A DNA stretch of 32,000 nucleotides from Nostoc punctiforme PCC 73102 (lineage in GTDB: Bacteria; Cyanobacteriota; Cyanobacteriia; Cyanobacteriales; Nostocaceae): assembly GCF_000020025.1 (NCBI RefSeq), contig NC_010628.1, positions 210,001-242,000 of the forward strand, read 5' to 3'. Below are positions 19,623 to 29,408 of the stretch, in pieces (position 1 is the first letter of the stretch; every line of letters starts with the position of its first letter). A program made the position numbers and the translations under genes. Under the pieces are notes generated by a model. It saw nothing but the letters and a program-made list of their open reading frames with translations, was not told the DNA's origin and made no database searches.

Positions 19623-20349
19623 AAGAACAATGGTGTATTCCTGAAGTTAACGCAGAATATGTTTTCCGAATGGAAGATGTGCTGGATTTATACAATGAGC
19701 CTTATGATCCTAAACGCCCTGTAGTCTGCTTTGATGAACGTCCAGACCAATTAGTAGAAGAAGTAAGACTTCCTTTGCCACCACAGCCAGAGCAACCTGA
19801 ACGTTATGATTTTGAGTATAAACGTAACGGGACAGTAAATTTATTCGCATGTTTTCAACCCTTGGCTGGATGGCGGCATATCGAAGTTACAGAACGTCGA
19901 ACTAAAGCCGATTTTGCTAAACAAATGAAAAATTTAGTAGATGTTTCCTACCGAGATGCCGATGTTATTCGTTTAGTAGTTGATAACTTGAATATTCATA
20001 CACCCAATGCATTATATGAAGTTTTTCCACCAGAAGAAGCACGTCGAATTATTCAAAAGTTAGAGTTTCACTATACTCCTAAACACGCTTCTTGGTGAGC
20101 CAGTGCGTTGGGCGGGTTCCCCGACTTGAAGCAACTGGCGAACCCGAAGGGCTGAATCAGGTAGAAATCGAATTATCTGTTTTATCTCGCCAATGTTTAG
20201 AACGGCGTATTCCTAATGCAGAAACATTAACTTCTGAGATTGCCGCTTGGGAGAAAAAACGTAATCAGCAAAAAGCTAGTGTTTATTGGGGTTTTCAAAC
20301 CAAAGATGCTCGCCGAAAAATGGAGCGTTTATATCCAAATTTAACATAG
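19619..20349 (+). pseudogene. IS630 transposase DDE part, copy B, with the same 56-nt insert at 20096..20151
   Basis: Same structure as copy A. One substitution, Y43D in the 159-aa segment. Confidence 0.85.
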
Positions 20350-20998
20350 CAAAGTTAGCTTGGCAGACTACTAGTTTCGGTGGTGACACACAGTGGACTA
20401 ACTTAGTCGCAGCCTACGAGGGTTTATCAGCACCCCTGCGGGCGCTTGCAGACGGATTGAAAGCCGAACATCGCTTCAATGCGCGTTTGAATCTGCCCAG
20501 CAATAGCAAGATCGCCCAGCGCATTGCTGCCAATCCACTGGTTTCAATTCACCCAGTAGTACGCGTTCATCCTGAAACAGGCGAACGAGCATTGTACGTG
20601 AATCCTGGTTTCACCTCGCACATTCTTGACGTGTCACGACAAGAAAGCGACCTGCTGCTTGAGTTGTTCTTCAACCAAATCACCAAGCCTGCCTACACCA
20701 CTCGCTTCCGATGGAACAACGGTGACATTGCCTTCTGGGACAACCGCGCCACCTCGCATTTAGCCCCACAGGATCTAGATCATCTAGAAGTTGAGCGCGT
20801 ACTCTATCGCACTACCATCACGGGTGACGTTCCAGTTGGGCCCGATGGTTTCCGATCGCAAGTGGTTGAAGGTGAAGCGTTCAGCAGCGAATTACCAACC
20901 ATCTTGAAGAGCAGAGCCGATAAGCTAGAAGCAGAACCAGTGCTTTCGTAAGTAGTTAAAAGCTTATATACAAGGCTTTACCCACCTACGCGGGTTAA

Positions 20999-21032
20999 TA
21001 ACAAGGGGCACAAATCCCCTTGTTAATTTTTT
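20999..21032 (+). terminator. Intrinsic terminator of the TauD-like gene
   Basis: 10-bp stem TAACAAGGGG/CCCCTTGTTA with loop CACAAAT, followed by T6. Confidence 0.8.
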
Positions 21033-21212
21033 CTGAGCCTACGGAGGTGGACGATAACCAAAATTGATCTGGATTGTACTGTTATATTTCTGAAGAATAT
21101 TACCAAAACCTTGATAATATTGATAGCGATTGCGTTCAACTCTGGAACCCTAGTAGATCGTTGACCCTAAAAATGGTCAAAGGTAAATTTGGAGTTTTAT
21201 TAAATAAAAGAA

Positions 21213-21443
21213 ATGTCAGAAGAAAAGCCTATAAGTCCTTGGAACTACAAACCTTGGTGGTGTCAGCCCTGGTCTATAGTTCTCACAGGTGTAACAATCA
21301 TTAGTGGTAGCTGGTTACTATTTAAAACTATCTGGCTAACCATTCTCGTCTCTATCCCTATAGTGATGTGGATGGGATTTTTTGTGTTGTTTTGGCCACA
21401 ACTAATGATTCGCAGTGGGATTTTAGAGTCGTATAAAGACTAA
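21213..21443 (+). CDS. Small two-TM hypothetical membrane protein
   Basis: 76 aa, Trp-rich (PWNYKPWWCQPWSIVLTG...) with two hydrophobic helices. The family name is not recalled with certainty. Confidence 0.55.
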   Translation: MSEEKPISPWNYKPWWCQPWSIVLTGVTIISGSWLLFKTIWLTILVSIPIVMWMGFFVLFWPQLMIRSGILESYKD

Positions 21444-21464
21444 TTATAGAGAGAATTCTAGGTT

Positions 21465-21818
21465 TCATAATTCTTGCTTTTGCGTAACAATCCACATCAA
21501 ATCTAACCACAATTGAGGATAAGCTTTTTTTATCTGCGATTTGGGATCGTACAACAGATTTGTAGCATTCAAGCAAACAACTTCAACTAGACCCAGATAT
21601 TCTGCCACTTCTATCAGTAAATTTTTTTCTGCTACTACAGCAGCAATCAGTCTGTCAGGACAGTAAATCCTAATATATTTGGCGTGAGCGGTACACGCTC
21701 CTTTTAAGCTAGAATTTAGCACTTTTATATAGCAGTGGCGTAGTAATTCCCATACTGTTGGGTGAGATTGCTCCATAATAAGGGTAAATTGTTGGGCTAA
21801 GTCTTCTTCGGTAATCAT
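21465..21818 (-). CDS. Hypothetical protein
   Basis: 117-aa ORF convergent with 21213..21443. No motif recognised. Confidence 0.45.
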   Translation of the reverse strand: MITEEDLAQQFTLIMEQSHPTVWELLRHCYIKVLNSSLKGACTAHAKYIRIYCPDRLIAAVVAEKNLLIEVAEYLGLVEVVCLNATNLLYDPKSQIKKAYPQLWLDLMWIVTQKQEL

Positions 21819-22411
21819 TACTTTCTCGATTATTATTGTGCTAAAAACTGTAACTTCATATCTGCACAGTAAAGATGACGCAGCATTGCTAATGTTGTGT
21901 GCATTTTTATCTGAGTAAAATTTATCTATCTGGCATAATTTGTTGATAAGTTTTCTACGGCTTATGTTACTTTCCTATCAAGGATCAAAGCTGAAACCGA
22001 TTACTAAAACCGTATCAATCGCTGCTTTATACCAAACTAATTGCTATAAAGCCAAGTTACTGAAAATAGAATTAAGCAGCCAGAATAACTTTTGTGCAAG
22101 TGGTAGATGAATCAAAGCAAAAATTTTGCCCACCGCAAGAAAGCTAGTGATATTTTGATTTTAGTTAAATCGACTATGGCTTTTGAAAAATTAGAGATTA
22201 AAGCAAATCAATCAGGACAGTCATCTACGCAGAGATCATCTGGACTGGGCTGCAAAATTAAGCGATCGCACATTTTTATTTTTGCCGTCAGTCTGCTTAA
22301 TTGTCTGGCGCTCTCCTTCGCGCAGCCTTTGGCAAAGAACAGACCCGGAGGAGAGTTGCGAGGGTTGGAATCTAACTCTCGGAATTTCTCTGCATCCAAA
22401 CAAACTATCAG

Positions 22412-23416
22412 TAGAGTTGTCGGGAAATAAAAGATAAGTGAGGCAATGCTGGTCTTGTAATTGGGATTCTCTTAAGCAGCCATCAAGTAGAAGTTCCATA
22501 ATCCTGCTGCGGTCAGCATCAAATGGTCATCAAAGTTTTCAATCCGATTACGATAAATGACACTGGCGGCGTTGTAGCGCTTCACACCAGCAAAGGCATT
22601 TTCGCAAACTACACGGGATTGACTCAATTGACGATTCTCCGTTTTTTGAAGGTCACTTAACTTGCCCCCTTTGGGCTTTTTGTGAGGAAGATGGAGATTG
22701 TCATACTGCTTCTGTAATCCCTGAAAGCCCGAGTCTACTTCAATCGGAATTTCATCAGGCACACTACCTGCAATGTCATCTTCGTCATGAAAACGTTTGT
22801 CATGCAGTTTGCCTTCTCGTGCTTTGCTTAAGATCAAGACCCGTTTGGTTTCATCAACTGCCGCCAAGTGTTTACGCGTATGACGTTTCTTTTTACCGGA
22901 GTAATTCTGTTGTTGTTGTTCTCTTTCTTGAGGTCGCGCAATTGGGCGTTCTGTCCCATCAATCATCACTCGTTGCACTCCTGGAAAGCGTGACAAAAAT
23001 GCTTCAATGCTTTCGAGATGGCGTTCCGGCAGCGCCATCTTCTGTCCCAAAGCCGCTTCTAATATTGGCTGCAATCGATGCATCCACTCATGTGCCTGGG
23101 AGCGATGCATATCAAAGAGCAGTCCCGCCACATCAAAGGTCGGATAACATTTGAAATAGAAAAGGATGAAAAACAATTTGTCTTGGGCTGTAAGTAAGCG
23201 GGCTTTGCGTCCTCCACCCAGGCCACGTTGACGAGGCTTGGCCTGTTGAGTATCTAGGTACATCGTGGTAAACGTGGGCAAAAGGGCATCAAATGCTTTC
23301 CGGTTCAACCCAGTTAATGCCCTCAACAGTCGGTCTTGCTTCAGCGCACCTTCAATATTCAGCATCATTCTTCCCTACCACTGCTGTCTATTCTCTCTTA
23401 TTTCCCGACAAGTCTA
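22412..23416 (-). mobile_element. IS5-superfamily/Harbinger-like (DDE_Tnp_4) insertion sequence, about 1 kb
   Basis: Inverted termini TAGAGTTGTCGGGAAATAA (left) and the reverse complement of TTATTTCCCGACAAGTCTA (right). The target duplication is ambiguous: TAG (22412-14/23415-17) or TATCA (22406-10/23418-22). Confidence 0.7.
22472..23368 (-). CDS. DDE_Tnp_4-type transposase
   Basis: 298 aa. N-terminal HTH region and acidic-triad contexts MIDGTERPI, EVDSGFQG and CENAFAGVKRY, typical of IS5/PIF-Harbinger-like transposases. Confidence 0.85.
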   Translation of the reverse strand: MMLNIEGALKQDRLLRALTGLNRKAFDALLPTFTTMYLDTQQAKPRQRGLGGGRKARLLTAQDKLFFILFYFKCYPTFDVAGLLFDMHRSQAHEWMHRLQPILEAALGQKMALPERHLESIEAFLSRFPGVQRVMIDGTERPIARPQEREQQQQNYSGKKKRHTRKHLAAVDETKRVLILSKAREGKLHDKRFHDEDDIAGSVPDEIPIEVDSGFQGLQKQYDNLHLPHKKPKGGKLSDLQKTENRQLSQSRVVCENAFAGVKRYNAASVIYRNRIENFDDHLMLTAAGLWNFYLMAA

Positions 23417-23571
23417 GTATCAAAAATATCCAGTTTTGATAGAAACTCTGCCAGTATGATAAGTTTTGATAATTTTTAGTTGACAATGATAATTTTCAAC
23501 ATGGCTTTGGGTAGAAGACCTTGTAAGCATATAGATGCTCAGGGGATTTGCACAGTGAAAGTTAGGGTGAT

Positions 23572-24792
23572 ATGAACAATAGAGCAAACCAAAGGCATGA
23601 AGAACATCATGCAATACAATATTTCTGTATATTCAATCGAATGTTGATTTTCGTTGCAGAGATATTTATATCACGCAGCCTGGTTGCTGGAGAGTTAGCC
23701 CTGCGGTTGTTGCAAAAATTCCAGCGTATCGGACTTTCCTTGCTAAGGCGAGGACACTCATCTGTGAAAACACCAGTTGCCCCTCTATATAAAAATGAAG
23801 CAGAAAGGCTCAAAGCATTAGCAGACTACAATATTCTGGATACTCTACCTGAACAAGCATTTGATGACCTAACTGCTATTGCTGCCTACATTTGTAAGAC
23901 TCCAATCGCTTTAATTAGCTTAGTGGATGCCGATCGCCAATGGTTTAAATCTAACATTGGACTAAAAGTTAGAGAAACGCCCAGAGAGTCGGCTTTTTGC
24001 TCCCATGCTATTCTGCACCCAGAGAATATATTAGTAATTCCCAACGCTATGAAGGACGATCGCTTTGCGAACAATCCTCTAGTCAAAAGTAATTCTAAAA
24101 TTCGTTTTTACGCTGGTGCGCCACTAGTTACGCCTAATGGTTTTCCAATAGGGACGTTGTGTGTGATGGACACTGTTCCTCGTCAGCTAAGTTACCAGCA
24201 GTTGGATGCACTGCGCCGCTTAACTCGGCAAGCGATCGCTCAGATGGAACTCATTCAAGAAATTCGCAACCGTAAACAATCAGAGATAGAAGGAAGACAG
24301 TTATCGCTGACCGACGATCTAACAGGTTTGCATAACCGACGTGGCTTCTTCGTAATGGCTGAACAACAGTTGAAAATTGCTCACCGCATGAGATTGTTGT
24401 GCTGGGTGATCTTCATTGATTTAGATGGGCTAAAACAGATTAACGACACCCTGGGTCATGATATCGGGGATGCCTTGATTGTTGATGCTGGTCGATTACT
24501 CAAGCAAAGTTTTCGGAACTCGGATATTGTTGCTCGCTTGGGTGGAGATGAGTTCATTATTTTCATCTCCAGCTACTTTAAAGATGCTGATAGCATCCAA
24601 GCGTATTTGCAAATAAATATTGCCAACTTTAACCAACAGCAAAACCGTAGCTATGAACTTTCGATGAGTATGGGAATAGAGCGTTACTCACCAGGAAGTA
24701 ATATGTCACTAGAACAACTAATTGCCAGGTCTGACGAATTAATGTACGCTCATAAGCGTCTCAAGCGGCAATCTATTTATCAACAAGAGTAG
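23572..24792 (+). CDS. GAF domain-containing diguanylate cyclase (GGDEF)
   Basis: GAF entry NEAERLKALADYNILDT. GGDEF domain with GLHNRRGF and RLGGDEFIIF. The true start may be the ATG at 23641 or later. Confidence 0.85.
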   Translation: MNNRANQRHEEHHAIQYFCIFNRMLIFVAEIFISRSLVAGELALRLLQKFQRIGLSLLRRGHSSVKTPVAPLYKNEAERLKALADYNILDTLPEQAFDDLTAIAAYICKTPIALISLVDADRQWFKSNIGLKVRETPRESAFCSHAILHPENILVIPNAMKDDRFANNPLVKSNSKIRFYAGAPLVTPNGFPIGTLCVMDTVPRQLSYQQLDALRRLTRQAIAQMELIQEIRNRKQSEIEGRQLSLTDDLTGLHNRRGFFVMAEQQLKIAHRMRLLCWVIFIDLDGLKQINDTLGHDIGDALIVDAGRLLKQSFRNSDIVARLGGDEFIIFISSYFKDADSIQAYLQINIANFNQQQNRSYELSMSMGIERYSPGSNMSLEQLIARSDELMYAHKRLKRQSIYQQE

Positions 24793-25092
24793 GGATTAGT
24801 GTTCTTTTATAACTTTTTTTATTAGAGAAAAGTACGCTGATTTCAAATTGGTGAATAATCTTCTTAATAAAAATAAGCTGTTTATCGCTGTTTATATATC
24901 AAATTGCGATAGCTTAACCATCTTTTTGAGTAATGATGTCTAAGTATCGGCAATATTATACAGCAGTAATATTATAAAAAAACAAAATATTTAAAATTAA
25001 TTGGCTTAACCTAACTTTTATCCAATGCTAATGTTATTCGTTTAAAAACTTGACATCTAGTTCATTGCTAACAACAAACATACGAGAAAATC

Positions 25093-27270
25093 ATGGCTGA
25101 TACATTATTATTCAACCTCTCTAGTCTCAACGGCAAAAACGGCTTTGCCATCAACGGCATTGCTAGTGACTCATCAGGTAACTCTGTCAGCAATGCTGGA
25201 GATATCAACCATGATGGCATCGACGATCTAATTATTGGCGCACCAGGTACCGGAAAGAGCTACGTAGTGTTTGGCAGCACTAACGCCTTTAGTACCAATC
25301 TCGACCTTTCATCCCTGGATGGCAGCACAGGCTTTACTATCAACGGCAGTGCCAGTGACTCATCAGGCAACTCAGTTAGTAATGCTGGGGACATCAACGG
25401 TGACGGTATCGACGACTTAATTATTGGTGCATCAGGTGCAGCTTTGGGTGCCGGAAAGAGCTACGTAGTGTTTGGCAGCACTAACGCCTTTAGTGCCAAC
25501 CTTGACCTTTCATCCCTGGATGGCAGCAAGGGCTTTGCCATTAACGGTATTAATGGGCGAAACTCAGATGGCATCTCAGACTCATCAGGCACATCAGTTA
25601 GTAATGCCGGGGACATTAACGGTGACGGTATCGACGACCTAATTATTGGCGCACCCAGTGCCTTATCGGGTGCAGGGCAGAGCTACGTAGTGTTTGGTAG
25701 CACTAAAGGCTTTAGTGCCAATCTCGACCTCTCATCCTTGGATGGCAGCAATGGCTTTGCCATCAACGGCAATGGCAGCGACTCATCAGGCAACTCAGTT
25801 AGTAATGCTGGGGATGTTAACCGTGATGGTATCGCCGATCTAATTATTGGCGCACAGGGTACTGGAAAGAGCTACGTGGTGTTTGGTAAGACTAGTGCAT
25901 TTAGTGCGAACTTCGACCTGTCTAGTCTCAATGGCAGCAACGGTTTTGTCATTAATGGCAATGCCAATGACTTCTTTGGTGCCTCAGTTAGCAATGCTGG
26001 AGACGTTAATAATGATGGCATCGACGACTTAATTATTGGTGCATACAATGCTGCTTCTGTTGCAGGGCAGAGCTATGTGGTGTTTGGCAACAGTAGCGGC
26101 TTTAGTCCCAGCTTCAACCTCTCGAACCTCAACGGCAGCAACGGCTTTGCTATCAAAGGCATTAATGAAAATGATATCTCAGGCTTCTCGGTCAGCGCTG
26201 CTGGAGATGTCAATGGCGACCATATCGCTGACCTTATTATCGGCGCACCTTTTGCCTTATCTGCTGCTGGGCAGAGCTATGTAGTGTTTGGCAGGAGTAG
26301 CGGCTTTGATTCCACGCTCGACCTCTCCACACTCAACCCTAGCAAGGGCTTTGCCATCAACGGTATTAAGGATAATGATGTTTCAGGCATCTCAGTCAGC
26401 GCTGCTGGTGATATCAACGGGGATAAAATCGACGACTTGATTGTTGGCGCACTTGGTGCATCTGATGGTGCAGGGCAGAGCTATGTAATCTTTGGTACAA
26501 AAACACCGATCAATAACGCGCCAGTTGCCATCCATGATACTGTTACGACTGCCAAAAATACTGCCTTTTGTATTAAAGTAAACACTCTACTAGCAAACGA
26601 TAGCGATATCGATGGCAACAGTCTCAAAATCACTAGTGTTAGTGGTGCAACCAATGGGACTGCGGTACTCAAAGATAACCACACTCCCAATAACTCGGCA
26701 GATGACTTCATCCTATTTACTCCAATTAGAGGGTTTAGTGGTGCAGCTACCTTTAAATACACCATCACCGATGGTCAACTAACTAGTACTGCTAAAGTTA
26801 CTGTGGAAGTGGGCGCTCGCCTTTTTGGTGGCAAGGGCAACGACCATATAAACGGCACTCCTGGTAATGACTACATCAATGGCGGTAATGGCAGAGATTC
26901 CCTCAATGGCGGCAATGGTGATGATACCCTCTTGGGTGGTAATGGTAATGATATCCTAGTTGGCGGTAATGGTAACGATATCCTTGATGGCGGTAATGGT
27001 AATGACAGATTGTCTGGTGGTTTTGGTAAGGATATCCTCACAGGTGGCAATGGCAAAGATATATTTATCTTAGCTGCAACACAAGGTGGTGATAAAATTA
27101 CTGACTTCACCAAAGGTACTGACTTAATTGGATTGTCTGGTGGTCTGAGCTTCGGTCAACTCAGTTTTTCTGGTAACAAAATTATCGTTACTGCTACTGA
27201 TGAAGTTTTGGCAACACTGACTGGAATAAATACCACGACGTTGAGTACCGCTAATTTCACTATCGTCTAG
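25093..27270 (+). CDS. FG-GAP (integrin-alpha-like, 7 repeats) / cadherin-like / RTX calcium-binding repeat protein
   Basis: Seven D(I/V)NxDGIxDLIIGA Ca-binding loops, each followed by SYVVFG. Then NNAPVA...LANDSDIDGNSL...FTYTITDG, then GGNGNDxL nonapeptide repeats. There is no N-terminal signal peptide, which fits a type I secretion substrate. Confidence 0.85.
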   Translation: MADTLLFNLSSLNGKNGFAINGIASDSSGNSVSNAGDINHDGIDDLIIGAPGTGKSYVVFGSTNAFSTNLDLSSLDGSTGFTINGSASDSSGNSVSNAGDINGDGIDDLIIGASGAALGAGKSYVVFGSTNAFSANLDLSSLDGSKGFAINGINGRNSDGISDSSGTSVSNAGDINGDGIDDLIIGAPSALSGAGQSYVVFGSTKGFSANLDLSSLDGSNGFAINGNGSDSSGNSVSNAGDVNRDGIADLIIGAQGTGKSYVVFGKTSAFSANFDLSSLNGSNGFVINGNANDFFGASVSNAGDVNNDGIDDLIIGAYNAASVAGQSYVVFGNSSGFSPSFNLSNLNGSNGFAIKGINENDISGFSVSAAGDVNGDHIADLIIGAPFALSAAGQSYVVFGRSSGFDSTLDLSTLNPSKGFAINGIKDNDVSGISVSAAGDINGDKIDDLIVGALGASDGAGQSYVIFGTKTPINNAPVAIHDTVTTAKNTAFCIKVNTLLANDSDIDGNSLKITSVSGATNGTAVLKDNHTPNNSADDFILFTPIRGFSGAATFKYTITDGQLTSTAKVTVEVGARLFGGKGNDHINGTPGNDYINGGNGRDSLNGGNGDDTLLGGNGNDILVGGNGNDILDGGNGNDRLSGGFGKDILTGGNGKDIFILAATQGGDKITDFTKGTDLIGLSGGLSFGQLSFSGNKIIVTATDEVLATLTGINTTTLSTANFTIV

Positions 27271-27290
27271 AACATCGATTCAATAATCAA

Positions 27291-27384
27291 AAACCTAACC
27301 CCAAAACCCTCTTTCATACTCAAAGCTACATATATACACAAGTGGAGTTGGGAATCAAATGAACGGAAAAAAGGGGTTAGGTTT
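27291..27384. repeat. 12-bp inverted repeat pair downstream of the RTX gene
   Basis: AAACCTAACCCC (27291-27302) and GGGGTTAGGTTT (27373-27384), separated by 70 nt. Confidence 0.6.
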
Positions 27385-27540
27385 AGAAAGCTTAGATATT
27401 ACAAAAAATACTGTGCAAACATCCTCCAAGGCAGAGTGAAGTGAATTTCTGGCAGCGATCGCATAAATTGAACTAACTTCGATGTTATACCTGCCCCTTC
27501 AGTAGTTAATTAGTATTTTTGAGATACTCGTGAATCCATC

Positions 27541-27825
27541 TCAGAACTCCGTTAACGAGTCTTTTATACTCGTGAATCCATCTGTCAAGGCTTGAATACC
27601 AATAATTCCCACTGCATAGATATCGTTGCTCAATTGTGGAGTGCGATTAGCTTGTTCACTTGGCATATAACGCATGAGTACCAATGGCTACGGTAAAAGT
27701 TGTTTGTCGTTGAGAATTAGACATCTGAGTACTAATTTGTTTGACAGCCCCAAAGTCAATTAGTACTATCTTGTTATCTGATGTTCCCCGCCAAATATTA
27801 GCCAACTTGATATCCCTGAGGGGGG
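27541..27825 (-). pseudogene. Remnant of a Ser/Thr protein kinase (C-terminal half of the catalytic domain, frameshifted)
   Basis: RDIKLANI...LIDFGAVKQI...IGT sits in one frame and YMPSEQANRTPQLSNDIYAVGIIGIQALT in another. The N-lobe (GxGxxG, VAIK) is absent. Confidence 0.7.
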
Positions 27826-27912
27826 AAACAAGGAATAAGGGACAAGGTGACAAGATGATTTGAGTAAGAATCTTGCAAAAAGTCTTTCCCGTTGTCCCCT
27901 TCTCCTCTTGGT

Positions 27913-27951
27913 AATTCCCAATCCCCAATTCTCAATTCCCAATTCCCAATT
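27913..27951. repeat. STRR heptamer array (AATTCCC type, x5)
   Basis: AATTCCC AATCCCC AATTCTC AATTCCC AATTCCC, ending 9 nt upstream of the ATG at 27960. Confidence 0.9.
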
Positions 27952-27959
27952 TTTAACTT

Positions 27960-29147
27960 ATGAGTTTGAGTCTGTGCATGATTGTGAAAAACGAAGCCGC
28001 AACACTGCCTAAATGCCTGAACAGTGTCAGAAAAGTTGTGGATGAAATGGTAGTTTTGGATACAGGCTCAATCGATCGCACTCCCAATATTGCCCAACAA
28101 CTCGGTGCAAAAGTTCATCATTTTAAATGGTCTAATGACTTCAGTGCTGCCCGTAATGCAGCTTTAAAATATGTTACTGGTGATTGGGTTTTGGTCTTAG
28201 ATGCTGATGAAACTTTGACTCCAGGCATTGTACCGCAATTGCGAGAGGCGATCGCCAGAGATGAATACCTGCTCATCAACCTCGTTCGCCAGGAAGTAGG
28301 TGCTGAACAATCTCCCTATTCTTTGGTTTCCAGACTGTTCCGCAATCATCCAGATATTCGTTTTGACCGTCCTTACCATGCCTTAGTGGATGATAGCGTG
28401 TCAGCAATTGTAAATAAAGAACCTCATTGGCAAATAGGTTATTTACCTGGGGTCGCACTTGTACACACAGGATATCAAAAAAGTGCGATCGCTCAAAATA
28501 ACAAATATGCCAAAGCAGCTACCGCGATGGAAGGGTTTCTTGCTACTCATCCCGATGACCCTTATGTTTGCAGTAAATTAGGGGCATTGTATGTAGAAAC
28601 GGGGAAAATTACCGAAGGTATGGAGTTGCTCAGACATGGAATCAGCGTTGCTGAAGAAAATTACGATATTTTATATGAACTCCACTATCATTTAGGCATT
28701 GCTTACAGTCGCTTACAAAAATCCCCACAGGCGATTTCTCACTATAAAGCTGCGATCAAATTGCCAATTTATCCCATGCTCAAATTAGGAGCATACAACA
28801 ACTTGGGTAACTTACTCAAAGCAGCAGGAGATTTCAACGGTGCCAAAACAGCTTACGCCACAACTTTGAAAATTGACCCTAATTTTGTATTTGGACATTA
28901 TAATTTGGCGATGACATTTAAGGCTTTGGGTTTATTTACAGATGCGATCGTATATTATCAACATGCAATCACTTTAAATCCCAACTATGCCGAAGCCTAT
29001 CAAAATTTAGGGGTAGTGTTGCTCAAAGTTGGCAATCATCAAGAGAGTTTAACAGCTTTTAGAAAAGCGATCGCTCTTCATGAAAGATATAATCCCGAAG
29101 AGGCAAAGAGACTACGCCAGGGGTTGCAAGAGATGGGGTTGATGTAG
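27960..29147 (+). CDS. Family 2 glycosyltransferase fused to TPR repeats
   Basis: N-terminal GT2 (CMIVKNEA...VLDTGSIDRT...VLDADETL, containing a DxD motif). The C-terminal half has TPR-like AxxYxxAL(K)L(D/N)PN units. Confidence 0.85.
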   Translation: MSLSLCMIVKNEAATLPKCLNSVRKVVDEMVVLDTGSIDRTPNIAQQLGAKVHHFKWSNDFSAARNAALKYVTGDWVLVLDADETLTPGIVPQLREAIARDEYLLINLVRQEVGAEQSPYSLVSRLFRNHPDIRFDRPYHALVDDSVSAIVNKEPHWQIGYLPGVALVHTGYQKSAIAQNNKYAKAATAMEGFLATHPDDPYVCSKLGALYVETGKITEGMELLRHGISVAEENYDILYELHYHLGIAYSRLQKSPQAISHYKAAIKLPIYPMLKLGAYNNLGNLLKAAGDFNGAKTAYATTLKIDPNFVFGHYNLAMTFKALGLFTDAIVYYQHAITLNPNYAEAYQNLGVVLLKVGNHQESLTAFRKAIALHERYNPEEAKRLRQGLQEMGLM

Positions 29148-29153
29148 AGGCAT

Positions 29154-29192
29154 GGAGGGGAGCAGGGGAGCAGGGAGTGGGGAGTATGGGGG
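29154..29192. repeat. G-rich degenerate tandem repeat (GGGGAGCA type)
   Basis: It starts a few nt after the stop codon of the GT2-TPR gene, in the same style as 11288-11351. Confidence 0.75.
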
Positions 29193-29408
29193 AAAGATCG
29201 CCGAAAAAAAGCTGTTCTAAAATTAGTGTCAACATTATTTGCAACAGATGACCTCATTTCACCTCTGTTACCAAATTTTGTTTGCATTGTGGCGTGATAG
29301 CCTTAAAATTTGCCTCCCCTACTTCTCCCCGATTGTTATCTAATCTGAAAATATCAACCTAAAATTTTCAATCTAAACTTTTAGCTATAGTAAACCTTTC
29401 AATATTTT

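Larger units (their letters stand above)
19113..20371 (+). mobile_element. IS630-family insertion sequence, copy B (1259 bp)
   Basis: Flanked by TA at 19111-19112 and 20372-20373. A base-by-base comparison with copy A shows only C984/A19270 and T1459/G19745 differing. Confidence 0.95.
18722..20951 (+). pseudogene. TauD/TfdA-family Fe(II)/2-oxoglutarate dioxygenase disrupted by an IS630 insertion
   Basis: Halves 18722..19112 and 20374..20951 rejoin in frame as ...AVNVPSFGGDTQW... once the IS and one TA are removed. Family motifs WHTD, GGDTxW and WDNRATSH are present. Confidence 0.9.

Noticed and set aside
21990-22025. AAACCGTAT motif resembling the MITE terminus
   Set aside because: Only about 8-9 nt match, and there is no partner inverted repeat or flanking duplication.
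22107-22499. ORFs of 107, 63 and 87 aa on both strands beside the IS5-like element
   Set aside because: They overlap one another, run across the IS terminus, and have odd composition with no motifs. I treated the region as intergenic or repeat-derived.
26871-27113. 80-aa minus-strand ORF with LPLPP repeats, plus the plus-strand out-of-frame ORFs at 25847..26284
   Set aside because: They are frame-shifted or antisense reflections of the GGNGND and FG-GAP coding repeats within the 725-aa gene.
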